DNA of 64,000 bases from positions 5,338-69,337 of IMG/VR virus record IMGVR_UViG_3300028832_000136. The stretch is one strand, 5' to 3'. Below, in pieces: positions 47,025 through 56,687 of this stretch. This DNA is from a virus (taxonomy: Duplodnaviria > Caudoviricetes). Below the pieces are notes generated by a model. It was not told the DNA's origin. It worked only from the letters and a program-made list of their open reading frames with translations, and did not search any database. Both the position numbers and the translations under genes were made by a program. Numbering within the stretch: the first letter of the stretch is position 1; each line of letters begins with the position of its first letter.

Positions 47025-47507
47025 ATGGAAGTTGAACAAGCAAAGAAAGAACTTGAACAGGCAGGACTTGTCTGCGAAACCTTCATCAAGCCTAAGGCTG
47101 ATATCAGCGAGGCTGATTTGGCAGCAAAGATTTACGAACGCTGCGCATTCTCAGAAGACCACTTGAGAATTAGAAAGCACGCTGCTAATTACATTGCTGC
47201 TTTCTACGCAAAACAGGATTTGCCTTTGAACGGCATGGTGATGTGGGGTTCTCGTGACCTCAATAAGTTTGCTGCTTTGCTTGCTGCAGGTAAGTCACTT
47301 GATACTGCTTGTGCATCACTTCGTTCTATCATGGCTGTCACCCCGCAGGAAACAGCTGGTGAAATTGAACAGGCAAAGACTCGTATCAAGGATGAACGCC
47401 GCGCTGCTGAAGAAGAACGCCGTAAGGCATATCTTGCATCTGACGAATACAAGCACATGCAGGATCCGGGTTGGCGTGGTCCGAACGGCACTTGGTCTAA
47501 CGATTAA
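47025..47507 (+). CDS. Hypothetical protein with EAxxELxxAGL-type leader
   Basis: AAGGAG RBS. Confidence 0.75.
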   Translation: MEVEQAKKELEQAGLVCETFIKPKADISEADLAAKIYERCAFSEDHLRIRKHAANYIAAFYAKQDLPLNGMVMWGSRDLNKFAALLAAGKSLDTACASLRSIMAVTPQETAGEIEQAKTRIKDERRAAEEERRKAYLASDEYKHMQDPGWRGPNGTWSND

Positions 47508-47516
47508 GAGGTGTCT

Positions 47517-48041
47517 ATGAAGATAACGATTGAAGAAGCAAAGCGTGAGCTTAATAAGAGCGGCTTGACCATTGACGAAGGCTACTCAAAAGATAAGTTC
47601 ATCATATCTGGAATTTTTGACTGCGAAGGCACAATGAAGAAGCTTTATTACTACCGTTCGTCCGAAAACTGGACCGACGACATATATGAAGCAACTGAAT
47701 TCGTTGCATATCCTGTTCAGAATTTGATGAAAGCAAAAACAGTCTGCACGGAAGGCACAAAGAATACGCTTGGCTGTCCGACCGCAAAACTTGACCACAT
47801 TGAAGTTCTTCAGGTGAAGACAATGGGCACAGGCTACAGAAAGACAATTAAACTCATCGGTAAAACACCGGTGAAAATTAACGAAGACTTTGGCATTGGC
47901 GTCGGTGCACCGCTTGGCGCCGACCAGGGTATTCCGTGCGGCGGTGACTGCAAAGCAGTTGTCGCTAAAAGAATGGACGGTGGTCGCCCGCACTGCCGTT
48001 TTGACCTGAGAAGAAAGAAGAAGAAAAAGGCTAAGAAATAA
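47517..48041 (+). CDS. Hypothetical protein with the same leader type
   Basis: GAGG RBS. Confidence 0.7.
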   Translation: MKITIEEAKRELNKSGLTIDEGYSKDKFIISGIFDCEGTMKKLYYYRSSENWTDDIYEATEFVAYPVQNLMKAKTVCTEGTKNTLGCPTAKLDHIEVLQVKTMGTGYRKTIKLIGKTPVKINEDFGIGVGAPLGADQGIPCGGDCKAVVAKRMDGGRPHCRFDLRRKKKKKAKK

Positions 48042-48535
48042 TGAACGAGGATTTTGAGAGAACATCTTATCTGCAAAACGGTATGTTCTATACCGCGCAG
48101 TATACGCCGCGAACAACTGTTCCCGGCTATGATGTAAATCCGCTGCTTTTGATTTTGGGCCCAGCAAAGCACAACCTCAACTGCGTGGTTGCTCTCAATT
48201 TCCATCATATCGGAAACATTGATGATCGTTGCAAGATCTTGTCTGTTATTTCAAACCTGGCGGATATCTCGAAGTTTGACATTGATGCTCCGATGATAAC
48301 CGAGGACGCTTGCCGTCGCTTGTTCCCGTTTGCTAAAGACGCCATTAGGGTGTATAACAGGAAATCCTTTAGAGAGGTATACCGAGTTAAGTCAAACTGC
48401 GTTGGAAAATATATAGAATACAACGGTGACATAATGATGAAGAGTCCTTCGTTCATTATGAATAAGTATTGGCTCAACTACGGAGCTAACACAACACCAG
48501 AGGCAACCAAACCACAAGCAAACGAGGATAAGTGA
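48041..48535 (+). CDS. DNA end-protector-like protein, T4 gp2-like
   Basis: MFY..QY.P.....YD..PLLL, ALNFHHI....R. Confidence 0.6.
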   Translation: MNEDFERTSYLQNGMFYTAQYTPRTTVPGYDVNPLLLILGPAKHNLNCVVALNFHHIGNIDDRCKILSVISNLADISKFDIDAPMITEDACRRLFPFAKDAIRVYNRKSFREVYRVKSNCVGKYIEYNGDIMMKSPSFIMNKYWLNYGANTTPEATKPQANEDK

Positions 48536-48807
48536 ATTACGGTAAGATATATGATCTACTCATAAACCGTGCACAAACTCGAGAAGAATACATTCCTATT
48601 ACTGAACAGCATCACATTCTACCAAGATCTGAAGGCGGCAGCAACAAGAAATCAAATAAGGTAGAATTGACGCCCAAAGAACATCACCTCTGTCACTTGC
48701 TTTTAATTCGTTTGGGTATGTGCATGAAGTATTGCTTCCGCAACATGACAACTCGTGAATATGTAATAATGAAACTGACTGAAAAGAAAAAGAAGCATTT
48801 AATTTAG
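48532..48807 (+). CDS. Short HNH endonuclease domain
   Basis: YGKIYDLLI, EQHHILPRSEGGSN...N.VELTPKEH.LCH.LL. Confidence 0.8.
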   Translation: MNYGKIYDLLINRAQTREEYIPITEQHHILPRSEGGSNKKSNKVELTPKEHHLCHLLLIRLGMCMKYCFRNMTTREYVIMKLTEKKKKHLI

Positions 48808-48821
48808 ACAAAATTTTTAGA

Positions 48822-48858
48822 GTTGGGTATTGCCAAAATACCCAACATTTTTTATATT
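48822..48858 (+). terminator. Terminator/promoter composite
   Basis: GTTGGGTATT/AATACCCAAC stem; TTGCCA (48830)-17-TATATT (48853). Confidence 0.8.
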
Positions 48859-48880
48859 TTGGCAAAAAAGGAACAAACTT

Positions 48881-49846
48881 ATGCAATTCACTAAGAAGGT
48901 CTTTGAAGAATACTCAACTAAGTTCAACATGCCTATGGCTCAGCTGGTTAATGACCGTCAAGACTGGTATAACCGTTGGCCTATGCAGATTATCATGCCT
49001 CTTGAACATGACCCAGTTACTGAAGGCTACTTGGCACTGATTTTCGTTCGTCGTGAAAGCAATTTATTCTACCTAAATGATGGTTTGACATTTGAACCAA
49101 AGGAAGTTCTGAAGTCGGGCCTCACCGGAAGAAACGGCTGGATCGTTGCATTTGCTCATGTCAAGAAAATGGAGTATGCGTCATATCCAAATCAAATCTA
49201 TGCCACTTCCGTGACTGATATTGTTCTCAAGCATCCCGAAAATCATGTGCTTGAAGATGGTTCACACCTGGACCCATACACACTTGATGATTTGCATGAC
49301 GCCGTGACTGCATATATCAAGCGCAAGACAAAGGAAAAGAAAAACCAGAAGAAGTGGGAAATCAGGTCAGAAGCAGCACCTGACTTTACTGAACAAATCA
49401 AGGAGTCAATAGCAAAGCATGATTGCGAGCCGAATGTATACCGCACCGTTGATAAGAAGGTAGGTCCTTGGCCTTATCGCTATCATATTAACTTTCACAT
49501 TCAGCAAAATGAACTGAAGGATCGTAAGCCTTGGTCAAGACTGGGTTTCACGATTGAATGTGCAAGAAAGCTAGACAAGTTCTCGGTCTATGGAAGAAAC
49601 TATGATCTTTCTAATGTTGACCCGCTTTCATCCCGTGAGGAATATAAGACAAATGACAAGACGTTCACATATGTGGCTAGCTTCCACTTTGATGGTGATG
49701 TTGGTAAGTTCCCAACATTACAGGATGCGCTTGAAGCGATTGACCGTATCATGGAACATTATGAAATGGTTTACGATAGCCGAATGAAGTTGGAAAAGTG
49801 GTGTGAAGAACACAGAATAGAAACATCATCTTCTGATAAATCTTAA
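48881..49846 (+). CDS. Hypothetical protein
   Basis: AAGGAA RBS, about 321 aa. Confidence 0.75.
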   Translation: MQFTKKVFEEYSTKFNMPMAQLVNDRQDWYNRWPMQIIMPLEHDPVTEGYLALIFVRRESNLFYLNDGLTFEPKEVLKSGLTGRNGWIVAFAHVKKMEYASYPNQIYATSVTDIVLKHPENHVLEDGSHLDPYTLDDLHDAVTAYIKRKTKEKKNQKKWEIRSEAAPDFTEQIKESIAKHDCEPNVYRTVDKKVGPWPYRYHINFHIQQNELKDRKPWSRLGFTIECARKLDKFSVYGRNYDLSNVDPLSSREEYKTNDKTFTYVASFHFDGDVGKFPTLQDALEAIDRIMEHYEMVYDSRMKLEKWCEEHRIETSSSDKS

Positions 49847-49861
49847 AAACTTTTTTATATT
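49833..49861 (+). promoter_or_regulatory. sigma70-like promoter
   Basis: CTGATA-17-TATATT. Confidence 0.6.
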
Positions 49862-49896
49862 TGTTTTGACAAGAAATAAGATATCATAAGGACATT

Positions 49897-51780
49897 ATGA
49901 AAAATTATACCGCTGACAGTATTGACTTTCTTAAGGGATTGGAAACAATTCGTCGCCGTGCTGACATGTATGTTGGTGCGACATCTGGCAAGCCATCAGA
50001 CGCATTGTATCGCCTTTGCCGTGAAGCGATTGACAACTCGCTTGACGAATATCTTGGAGGCTTTAACAAGCAATTATGGGTGATGTATAACACCAAGACA
50101 TATGAAACGGTTGTTCTTGATAACGGCCGTGGTATTCCTGTAGGATGGAACGAAAAGGCACAGCAAGATTCTTTGACACTTGTGTTTACCCAGCTTCACG
50201 CTGGCGGTAAGTTTGACCACGAATCTTATAAGACATCTTCAGGTAAGAACGGTATCGGCCAGAAGGCAATTTCCGCTCTGTCTAAGCGTCTTCAGGTTTG
50301 GTCAAACAATGCGAAGGACAAGAAGTGGCATTCTCAGATTTTTGAACAAGGGATTGAGAAATCTGAAGTGCTTGTCTGTGACCCACCAGCTGACTTGAAG
50401 AAGCTAGTGCCGAAGACCGGAACAATTTTGAAGTGGACACCTGATGAAACGATTTTCAAGGACTCACTTGAATTGAACCTGTCTCGCTTGAAACACGAAC
50501 TTCATGATATTCAGTACTTATGCCCATTCTTGCACATTCACTTGGTGATTGACGGTGAAGAATTGGAATACTTCTCCGAAGACGGTCTTTGTGAACTCGT
50601 AGCGAAGGATCCGCTGAATGACCAGATCTTCTCGTTCTCTGATGAGTTCACTGATGTCGCTTTGAATTTCACAAAGGGCGACTCAAACAATTTCAAGTCA
50701 TTCGTGAACATCTGCTACACAAACCTTGGCGGTACTCATCTTGATGGTTTGAAAAAGGCCATCTGCAATGTGGTCAAGGAAAATTCAAAGCAGAAGATTT
50801 TGAATGATGATATTCTTGAAGGTATTATCGGTGCTATTCATCACAAGATGGCAGAGCCGCAATATCAGGGTCAAACAAAGAACGAATTGACGAACAGCGA
50901 AGTGACCGCTGAAATCGTTGATAAGCTGACGCCTGAACTTGAGAAGTTCTTCAAGAAAAACAAGCCTCTTTTGAAGCGCATTGTTGAATATGCAGAAAAG
51001 ATGCTTGAACAAAGAAATAAGATGAAGGCGTCAAAGGACCTGTTGAAGGGACTGAAGACACTTAACGCATCTGCAAACCGAATTTCAGATAAGTTCTTAG
51101 ACGCTGACCGACGCAAGTATAAGAACCCGAAGGACTTGGAGATGTTTATCGTTGAAGGTGACTCTGCAGGTGGTCACTTTAAGCAGGCTCGTGAAGGCTT
51201 CCAGGGTGAATTGAAAATCCGTGGTAAGATCATCAATGCTGCGAAGGCAAATCCTGAAGACTTGTTCGGCAAACCCGGTAAGAAGGGCGAAGCAAAGGAT
51301 GGCAACCGCGAAATCAAGGATCTTGTTGCTGCACTTGGTTGTGGTATCGGCGATAACTACGATGAAAGCAAATTAAGGTTCAACAAAGTAATCATTCTAT
51401 CCGATGCTGATGTGGACGGACAACATATCGCTAACTTGTGCTTGGCATTCTTCATCAACTATATGCCAGACTTAGTTAAGAACGGACATGTCTATATCAT
51501 TGATGCTCCGTTGTTCATCGCGACATCTGCAAAGCACAAAGTGTTTGGCATGACTCGTGCTGAAGTTGATGCTCAGATGAAAAAGCTGAAATGCAATGAT
51601 TACACTGTCACTCGTCTTAAGGGTTGGGGTGAAACTTCTCCTGAACAGTTAAGTGAACTCTGCTTGAACCCGAAGACAAGAAAACTTATTCAAATCAAAT
51701 GGACCACTGACACCGAAAAGATGTGTGAAAACACAATGGGCGGTGATGTGGCATTCAGAAAGGAATTGTTAGGTATCTAA
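49897..51780 (+). CDS. Type IIA topoisomerase ATPase/TOPRIM subunit (GyrB/ParE-like)
   Basis: EAIDNSLDE, DNGRGIP, LHAGGKF, GKNGIG, VEGDSAGG, DADVDG, RLKGWGE. Confidence 0.95.
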   Translation: MKNYTADSIDFLKGLETIRRRADMYVGATSGKPSDALYRLCREAIDNSLDEYLGGFNKQLWVMYNTKTYETVVLDNGRGIPVGWNEKAQQDSLTLVFTQLHAGGKFDHESYKTSSGKNGIGQKAISALSKRLQVWSNNAKDKKWHSQIFEQGIEKSEVLVCDPPADLKKLVPKTGTILKWTPDETIFKDSLELNLSRLKHELHDIQYLCPFLHIHLVIDGEELEYFSEDGLCELVAKDPLNDQIFSFSDEFTDVALNFTKGDSNNFKSFVNICYTNLGGTHLDGLKKAICNVVKENSKQKILNDDILEGIIGAIHHKMAEPQYQGQTKNELTNSEVTAEIVDKLTPELEKFFKKNKPLLKRIVEYAEKMLEQRNKMKASKDLLKGLKTLNASANRISDKFLDADRRKYKNPKDLEMFIVEGDSAGGHFKQAREGFQGELKIRGKIINAAKANPEDLFGKPGKKGEAKDGNREIKDLVAALGCGIGDNYDESKLRFNKVIILSDADVDGQHIANLCLAFFINYMPDLVKNGHVYIIDAPLFIATSAKHKVFGMTRAEVDAQMKKLKCNDYTVTRLKGWGETSPEQLSELCLNPKTRKLIQIKWTTDTEKMCENTMGGDVAFRKELLGI

Positions 51781-51966
51781 ATGAAGGTCAGAATAGATTA
51801 TGTACCCATTTCGGAGGCAACACGCCGGGCATATCCCGATGTTGCTTACGAGGTATATGTTCCAGACGGATGGACTGATGAACATATTTCGGAATGGTAT
51901 GAACAAAGACATTCAAACATTCATCATCAAGGAGTCAAGGTAATAAATGTAGTCCATCTGGATTGA
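51781..51966 (+). CDS. Small hypothetical protein
   Basis: 61 aa directly after the ATPase subunit. Confidence 0.55.
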   Translation: MKVRIDYVPISEATRRAYPDVAYEVYVPDGWTDEHISEWYEQRHSNIHHQGVKVINVVHLD

Positions 51967-51991
51967 CATATTGAAGAAACTTTGTTATATT
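51963..51991 (+). promoter_or_regulatory. sigma70-like promoter with perfect -35
   Basis: TTGACA-17-TATATT. Confidence 0.85.
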
Positions 51992-51997
51992 TTCAAT

Positions 51998-52405
51998 ATG
52001 AATACCGGACATTTCATTATCAACATACTTTCCAGATACCGAGCCTTCTACCGTGAAGGAGCCGACTTATACTTAATGCGAAATGGTCAACATGCCATTG
52101 GAAGAAAATTCCTTTGGCGTGATGATACTCCGTTAGCCTGGAGACCCATCTATTATTCTAAGGACTTTACTCTGTTTGATTACTCAGCTTACGCTGAGCT
52201 GAATGTCACAAAAGAGAACTGTGATGATATTGCCCGAGGCAATTTTGAAGAAGTAAAGCGATGGGATGTAAATAAGATATCCGAAGACCAAGCAGAAAAG
52301 ATTATGTTGGGAAATATGTATGCCTTGATGAGAATTGAAACATTAAGAGAAAAAGCAAAGAAAATTTCAAATCTAATGAAGGAACAGAAACATGGGAATC
52401 GCTGA
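51998..52405 (+). CDS. Hypothetical protein, probably leaderless
   Basis: ATG 6 nt after the -10. Confidence 0.65.
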   Translation: MNTGHFIINILSRYRAFYREGADLYLMRNGQHAIGRKFLWRDDTPLAWRPIYYSKDFTLFDYSAYAELNVTKENCDDIARGNFEEVKRWDVNKISEDQAEKIMLGNMYALMRIETLREKAKKISNLMKEQKHGNR

Positions 52406-53864
52406 CTTTATGGAATATGAAGCAGATCCGAATGCGAAAAGTGTTGATGCAGACGGATTGCTGAAAAAGAACATGTATGATTACGGTATGGATGTTATCT
52501 CCGACCGTGCTTTGTCAGATTATCGAGACGGATTGAAACCTGCACAAAGAAGACTTCTGAAAACTGCGGAAGACCTGCATGCCACTTGGAATAACAAGAC
52601 TGTTAAGTCTGCAAGAATTACAGGTGACTGTATGGGTAAGTACCATCCGCACTCTTCTGCTTATGGTTCACTTGCGACAATGGTCACATGTGAATATCCG
52701 ATCTTCCACGGCCAAGGTAACTGGGGTTCATTGACAGACGGACCGGCTGCGGAAAGATATACCGAAGCGAAGATTTCACAGCTTGGCATGAAGATGCTTG
52801 AATGTGATGATGTCGCTGAAATGGTGCCGAATTACACAGGTGAATTTATGGAACCTGTTGTTATCCCGACAAGATTCCCGAATTTCTTCGTGAATGAATG
52901 TTCCGGCATTGCAGTGGGCTTGGCAGTAAACATTCCATCGCACAACTTGAAGGAAATCGTTGAAGCGATGAAGGTGGTCGTTAAGAAGGGTCAAGCAACA
53001 AAGGTCAAGGACATTATGAAGCACCTTCATGGACCTGACTATAAGTATGGCGGAAAGATCATTTCAACACCGCAGGAAATTGCTGAGGTCTATGAAAAGG
53101 GCGAAGGCAAGATTACTTATGAATGCGATTATGACCTAAAGCGTGAAAAGAGAAATGTGCTTTTGACGGTCACTGGCTATTGCCCAGGATTTAGTCCGAA
53201 TACATTCATGAAGAAGATGGACAGTTTGATTGACGAAAACATTGTCTTGTATGTCAATGACTCTTCAACCAAAACTGACCCTTGTAAGTTGGAAGTCTTG
53301 ATTAAGTCTGAAGAAGATTTCAACAAGAAGGTAAAGAAGTATTTGACCGTTTCCGAATCTTACAGATTTTATGCGATTGAACGAAAGAAATCTGCTGAGG
53401 TGGAAAAGGATGTTGACACTGAGGTTCTTATCCCGAATATGGTTGACCTAATGAACATGTGGGTTGACTGGAGAAAAGGGGTGGAAACACAAATGTGTAA
53501 TGTTGAAAAGAATTTGACATTAGACAGGAAACAGAAAGCTGAGTGGAGATTGCTCGCTTCAAAGAACCTTAAAACCATAGTTAAAGCGCTGGAGTCTGAA
53601 GATCCTGTAGTATACCTGACTGAAAACTTGCAAGGCCTTAAAGGGTCTCCAAATGCGCTTGAAGGCGCCAAATATATTTGCGACCAGAGGGTTATTTCAC
53701 TTCGCAAGGTGGACCAAGCAAAAACGGAAGCGGATATAGCAGACTTACAGAAACATATTGATGAACTTGACCATGACATTGCTCACATTGATGAAGTGGT
53801 CATTAGAGAACTGGACAAATTGAAACCGTTCTTCCATGACCGCAAGTTGAAGGCAGCTGCATGA
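52392..53864 (+). CDS. Type IIA topoisomerase breakage-reunion subunit (GyrA/ParC-like, no CTD)
   Basis: RALSDYRDGLKPAQRR, GKYHPH, GQGNWGS, AAERYTEAK, GIAVGLA.NIP.HNL. Confidence 0.95.
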   Translation: MGIADFMEYEADPNAKSVDADGLLKKNMYDYGMDVISDRALSDYRDGLKPAQRRLLKTAEDLHATWNNKTVKSARITGDCMGKYHPHSSAYGSLATMVTCEYPIFHGQGNWGSLTDGPAAERYTEAKISQLGMKMLECDDVAEMVPNYTGEFMEPVVIPTRFPNFFVNECSGIAVGLAVNIPSHNLKEIVEAMKVVVKKGQATKVKDIMKHLHGPDYKYGGKIISTPQEIAEVYEKGEGKITYECDYDLKREKRNVLLTVTGYCPGFSPNTFMKKMDSLIDENIVLYVNDSSTKTDPCKLEVLIKSEEDFNKKVKKYLTVSESYRFYAIERKKSAEVEKDVDTEVLIPNMVDLMNMWVDWRKGVETQMCNVEKNLTLDRKQKAEWRLLASKNLKTIVKALESEDPVVYLTENLQGLKGSPNALEGAKYICDQRVISLRKVDQAKTEADIADLQKHIDELDHDIAHIDEVVIRELDKLKPFFHDRKLKAAA

Positions 53865-54619
53865 TACCATCTAGGGTAAAGATTGCGGATCTTTTGAAGA
53901 TCCCAGGATTTAGCAACGATGATATGATTGCTATCTTTGATGTGTTCCTCAGACAATGCAACCCAAAGACTGCATTGGAAATAGGAACATACAAAGGCAG
54001 AACAGCAACACACATTGCAAGCTATGCTAAGATGTTCTTCTATGTTGAGGCAAATCCGCTTAACATGAAGGAAACGAAAAATCATGTAGATGGCGTGACA
54101 TCTGTAATTTACAGCAAGCCAATTCAGAAGCTCAGCGGTGATGTTCAGATTGATGAATTTGAACGCAACAAGATGGACTTTATACATATTGACGGTTGCC
54201 ATTCATTCACTGCTGTGCTGCGTGATTTGGAACTATCAAGCAACATCTTATCTGAGAAGGGTATCATTGTTCTTGATGATTGCTTTTCATGTGCTTATCC
54301 GCAAATCACACAAGCAACATATACCTTCCTGGCAAAACATGCAGAATTTGTTCTGTTGTTTGTAGGATACAACAAAGGCGTGATTTGCCGCCGTGAGAAC
54401 TACCCAGAATGGCACGCTTTCATGGTGAATGAGTTTGACCCAGAATTAAAGCAGTATTATGATAAGCCAGAAAAGGTGATGTATCAAATGTATAAGACAT
54501 CAAGCGTATTTGACTGCCCAACATTCGGCTATCACTTTAATCCTAATGCCGACAAGACAAAGACGATTATCGGTATGGAAGATTCTGGTGGAAAAGTTGA
54601 GGATGTAGTTCTAAAATGA
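53861..54619 (+). CDS. Class I SAM methyltransferase (Methyltransf_24-like)
   Basis: LEIGTYKG, IHIDGCH......D......GIIVLDD. Confidence 0.88.
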   Translation: MIPSRVKIADLLKIPGFSNDDMIAIFDVFLRQCNPKTALEIGTYKGRTATHIASYAKMFFYVEANPLNMKETKNHVDGVTSVIYSKPIQKLSGDVQIDEFERNKMDFIHIDGCHSFTAVLRDLELSSNILSEKGIIVLDDCFSCAYPQITQATYTFLAKHAEFVLLFVGYNKGVICRRENYPEWHAFMVNEFDPELKQYYDKPEKVMYQMYKTSSVFDCPTFGYHFNPNADKTKTIIGMEDSGGKVEDVVLK

Positions 54620-55710
54620 ATGAACTGAACCTGAAAATTCAAAATCCGTATCAGTATGACACGAAGAAGTATTGCTTCAACTTATTTGAGACAATGCATA
54701 TTCAAGTCATACCGTGGAATAATGCAAAGGGGTATGTGTTCTTTTCACACCCCTGTTTTTGCTATTCTTCCGTCTGCCCGCAGATACATGACCAATTCAG
54801 CGACTTCGTTGAAGCACCGATGGACTTACTTCTGTCGGACAAACGAATGAACTTTTTGAACAAGATTGTTGCTGAACAGGATTTCTCACTTTGTCATGGC
54901 TGTCCGAAATACCAGCTGCGTGAAACAACTGGCTTTTGGGATAGAGACGATTTTGAGTATATGTTTGAGCGCAAGTATGGCTCAAAATGCTATGACGGAT
55001 TTAAGTATCGTCACTTAACAACTATCTTGCCATTGACGATTATGTTCAATCTTGATACAAGCTGCAACCTGAAATGCAAAACATGCAGAAGCAACTTTAT
55101 CACCAAGACACATACGCTGACCGACGAAGATATCGCTCAACTTGTGTATATGGCTAAGAAGGTTGAATGCGTTTCATTGGGTGGTGATGGTGAGTTTTTC
55201 GTCAGTAAGAACTATCGCCGTATTTTGGCATCTGACTTGTCAAATGACTCAAACATTCGTAACATTGTCCTCTATACGAACGGCACAATGTTTAATGAGA
55301 AGCATTGGGACATGATACATGACTCGTCAAAGCCACTTATCAAGGAAGTCAAGATATCGCTTGACGCTGCAACGCCTGAAACATACGCTGCGGTGCGTGG
55401 ACCTGTTGGTTGGAAGATGGTCATGAATAACATGCCATTCATTCAGCAGTTGAAAGAACAGAATGGCATCAAGCTCTCGACCACTTACACAATAAGCAAG
55501 TATAACATTCAAGATGTTCGCAAGTTCTATGACTTCGCAACGGATCTTGGCTTTGACTACATAATGTTCCAGTTTGCCCGTGATGTATTCCATCCGGAAG
55601 CTGGCGAAGCTGAGAATTTCATTGTCCCGCCAAATGAAAGACAGGATATTATGAACTACCTATTGTCATTACAGCAAGAACATGGCTGTCAGAAGGTATT
55701 GATAGAATAA
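54616..55710 (+). CDS. Radical SAM enzyme
   Basis: CNLKCKTC (CxxxCxxC), GGDGE, TNG, ISLDA..PETY. Confidence 0.9.
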   Translation: MNELNLKIQNPYQYDTKKYCFNLFETMHIQVIPWNNAKGYVFFSHPCFCYSSVCPQIHDQFSDFVEAPMDLLLSDKRMNFLNKIVAEQDFSLCHGCPKYQLRETTGFWDRDDFEYMFERKYGSKCYDGFKYRHLTTILPLTIMFNLDTSCNLKCKTCRSNFITKTHTLTDEDIAQLVYMAKKVECVSLGGDGEFFVSKNYRRILASDLSNDSNIRNIVLYTNGTMFNEKHWDMIHDSSKPLIKEVKISLDAATPETYAAVRGPVGWKMVMNNMPFIQQLKEQNGIKLSTTYTISKYNIQDVRKFYDFATDLGFDYIMFQFARDVFHPEAGEAENFIVPPNERQDIMNYLLSLQQEHGCQKVLIE

Positions 55711-56681
55711 TGCATGTACTTTTACCTAAGATTGATGTTCCATACGCCCCGAACACAAAGCCTAAGAAATATGTATCTGAACTGCTGCTTTTGATTAAGA
55801 CCAACAATGAACAGGATTTTATCACCTGGATGAATTGGCATCTATTCAAGATCGGCGTTGACCATATCTCGATTTATGACAATGAAAGCGAGATACCTAT
55901 TGAACGGCTGATAAAGCAGTATGGTGACCATGTGTCTTATTACCGAGTTGAGGGCAGACCGCACCAAGCCGAAATTTATACCAAGCATATTGCGGAAGTA
56001 TCGGAGGCTCAGTATGTTTTGCCGATTGACGATGATGAATACATTTTTGCCGACATCAATTTCAATGACTATCTGACTTCAATGGAACCAGCTAAGTTGG
56101 CATTGCATTCTATCTTGATGGTGCCAGCTGAACCTTTAGAGAAAAGGCCAGACAAGCCAGTATTTGAAATATGTGACAGTTTGGTCAATGCCGATGTTCG
56201 AGAAAACCGCGAAGTCAAGACAGTGGTCAATACGAACTACAGCCACTATTACTTTGATGTCAAGATTTATGAAGACGGACACCCATCTCCGGTCTATGAA
56301 GGCATACCCGATTGGATTGATATACCAATGACTGCCGATAAGGATTTGCCGGCTGACCGTGGAACTGACTTCAACTTCTCGATTGCTGGCACTGTCCATA
56401 ACCCAATAACAAGAACCGCTGATGGTGAGTATATTTGGGCAAAGGATATGCACATGCAAGATGTTTACGGCTTCCTTTCAAACCATCCGAATGTGCCTAG
56501 CGAGATTTTCATCGCTCACACCAAGATTCGTTCAAAGGAAGAATGGGACTGGAAATGCAAAGTCAGAAAAGTGGTAGCCGATATGAAAAGCGACTATTAC
56601 GATTCTCAATATGAGCTCTATGATAAAGTTTATACCTTCCCACTAGCCAAATTTACTGGCTTTAGGGAACGTTATAAATAA
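55710..56681 (+). CDS. GT-A glycosyltransferase (GT2_4/GT92-like)
   Basis: W..WHL..GVDHI.IYDNES, PIDDDEYI, KTVV, H...RS.EEW..K. Confidence 0.8.
   Translation: MHVLLPKIDVPYAPNTKPKKYVSELLLLIKTNNEQDFITWMNWHLFKIGVDHISIYDNESEIPIERLIKQYGDHVSYYRVEGRPHQAEIYTKHIAEVSEAQYVLPIDDDEYIFADINFNDYLTSMEPAKLALHSILMVPAEPLEKRPDKPVFEICDSLVNADVRENREVKTVVNTNYSHYYFDVKIYEDGHPSPVYEGIPDWIDIPMTADKDLPADRGTDFNFSIAGTVHNPITRTADGEYIWAKDMHMQDVYGFLSNHPNVPSEIFIAHTKIRSKEEWDWKCKVRKVVADMKSDYYDSQYELYDKVYTFPLAKFTGFRERYK
56673..56680 (+). promoter_or_regulatory. T4-type late promoter
   Basis: TATAAATA. Confidence 0.75.
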
Positions 56682-56687
56682 ATTAAG

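Noticed and set aside
49897-53864. Intron or intein in the topoisomerase genes
   Set aside because: Both are continuous ORFs of ordinary core length with no intein motifs; the intervening ORFs lie between, not within, the subunits
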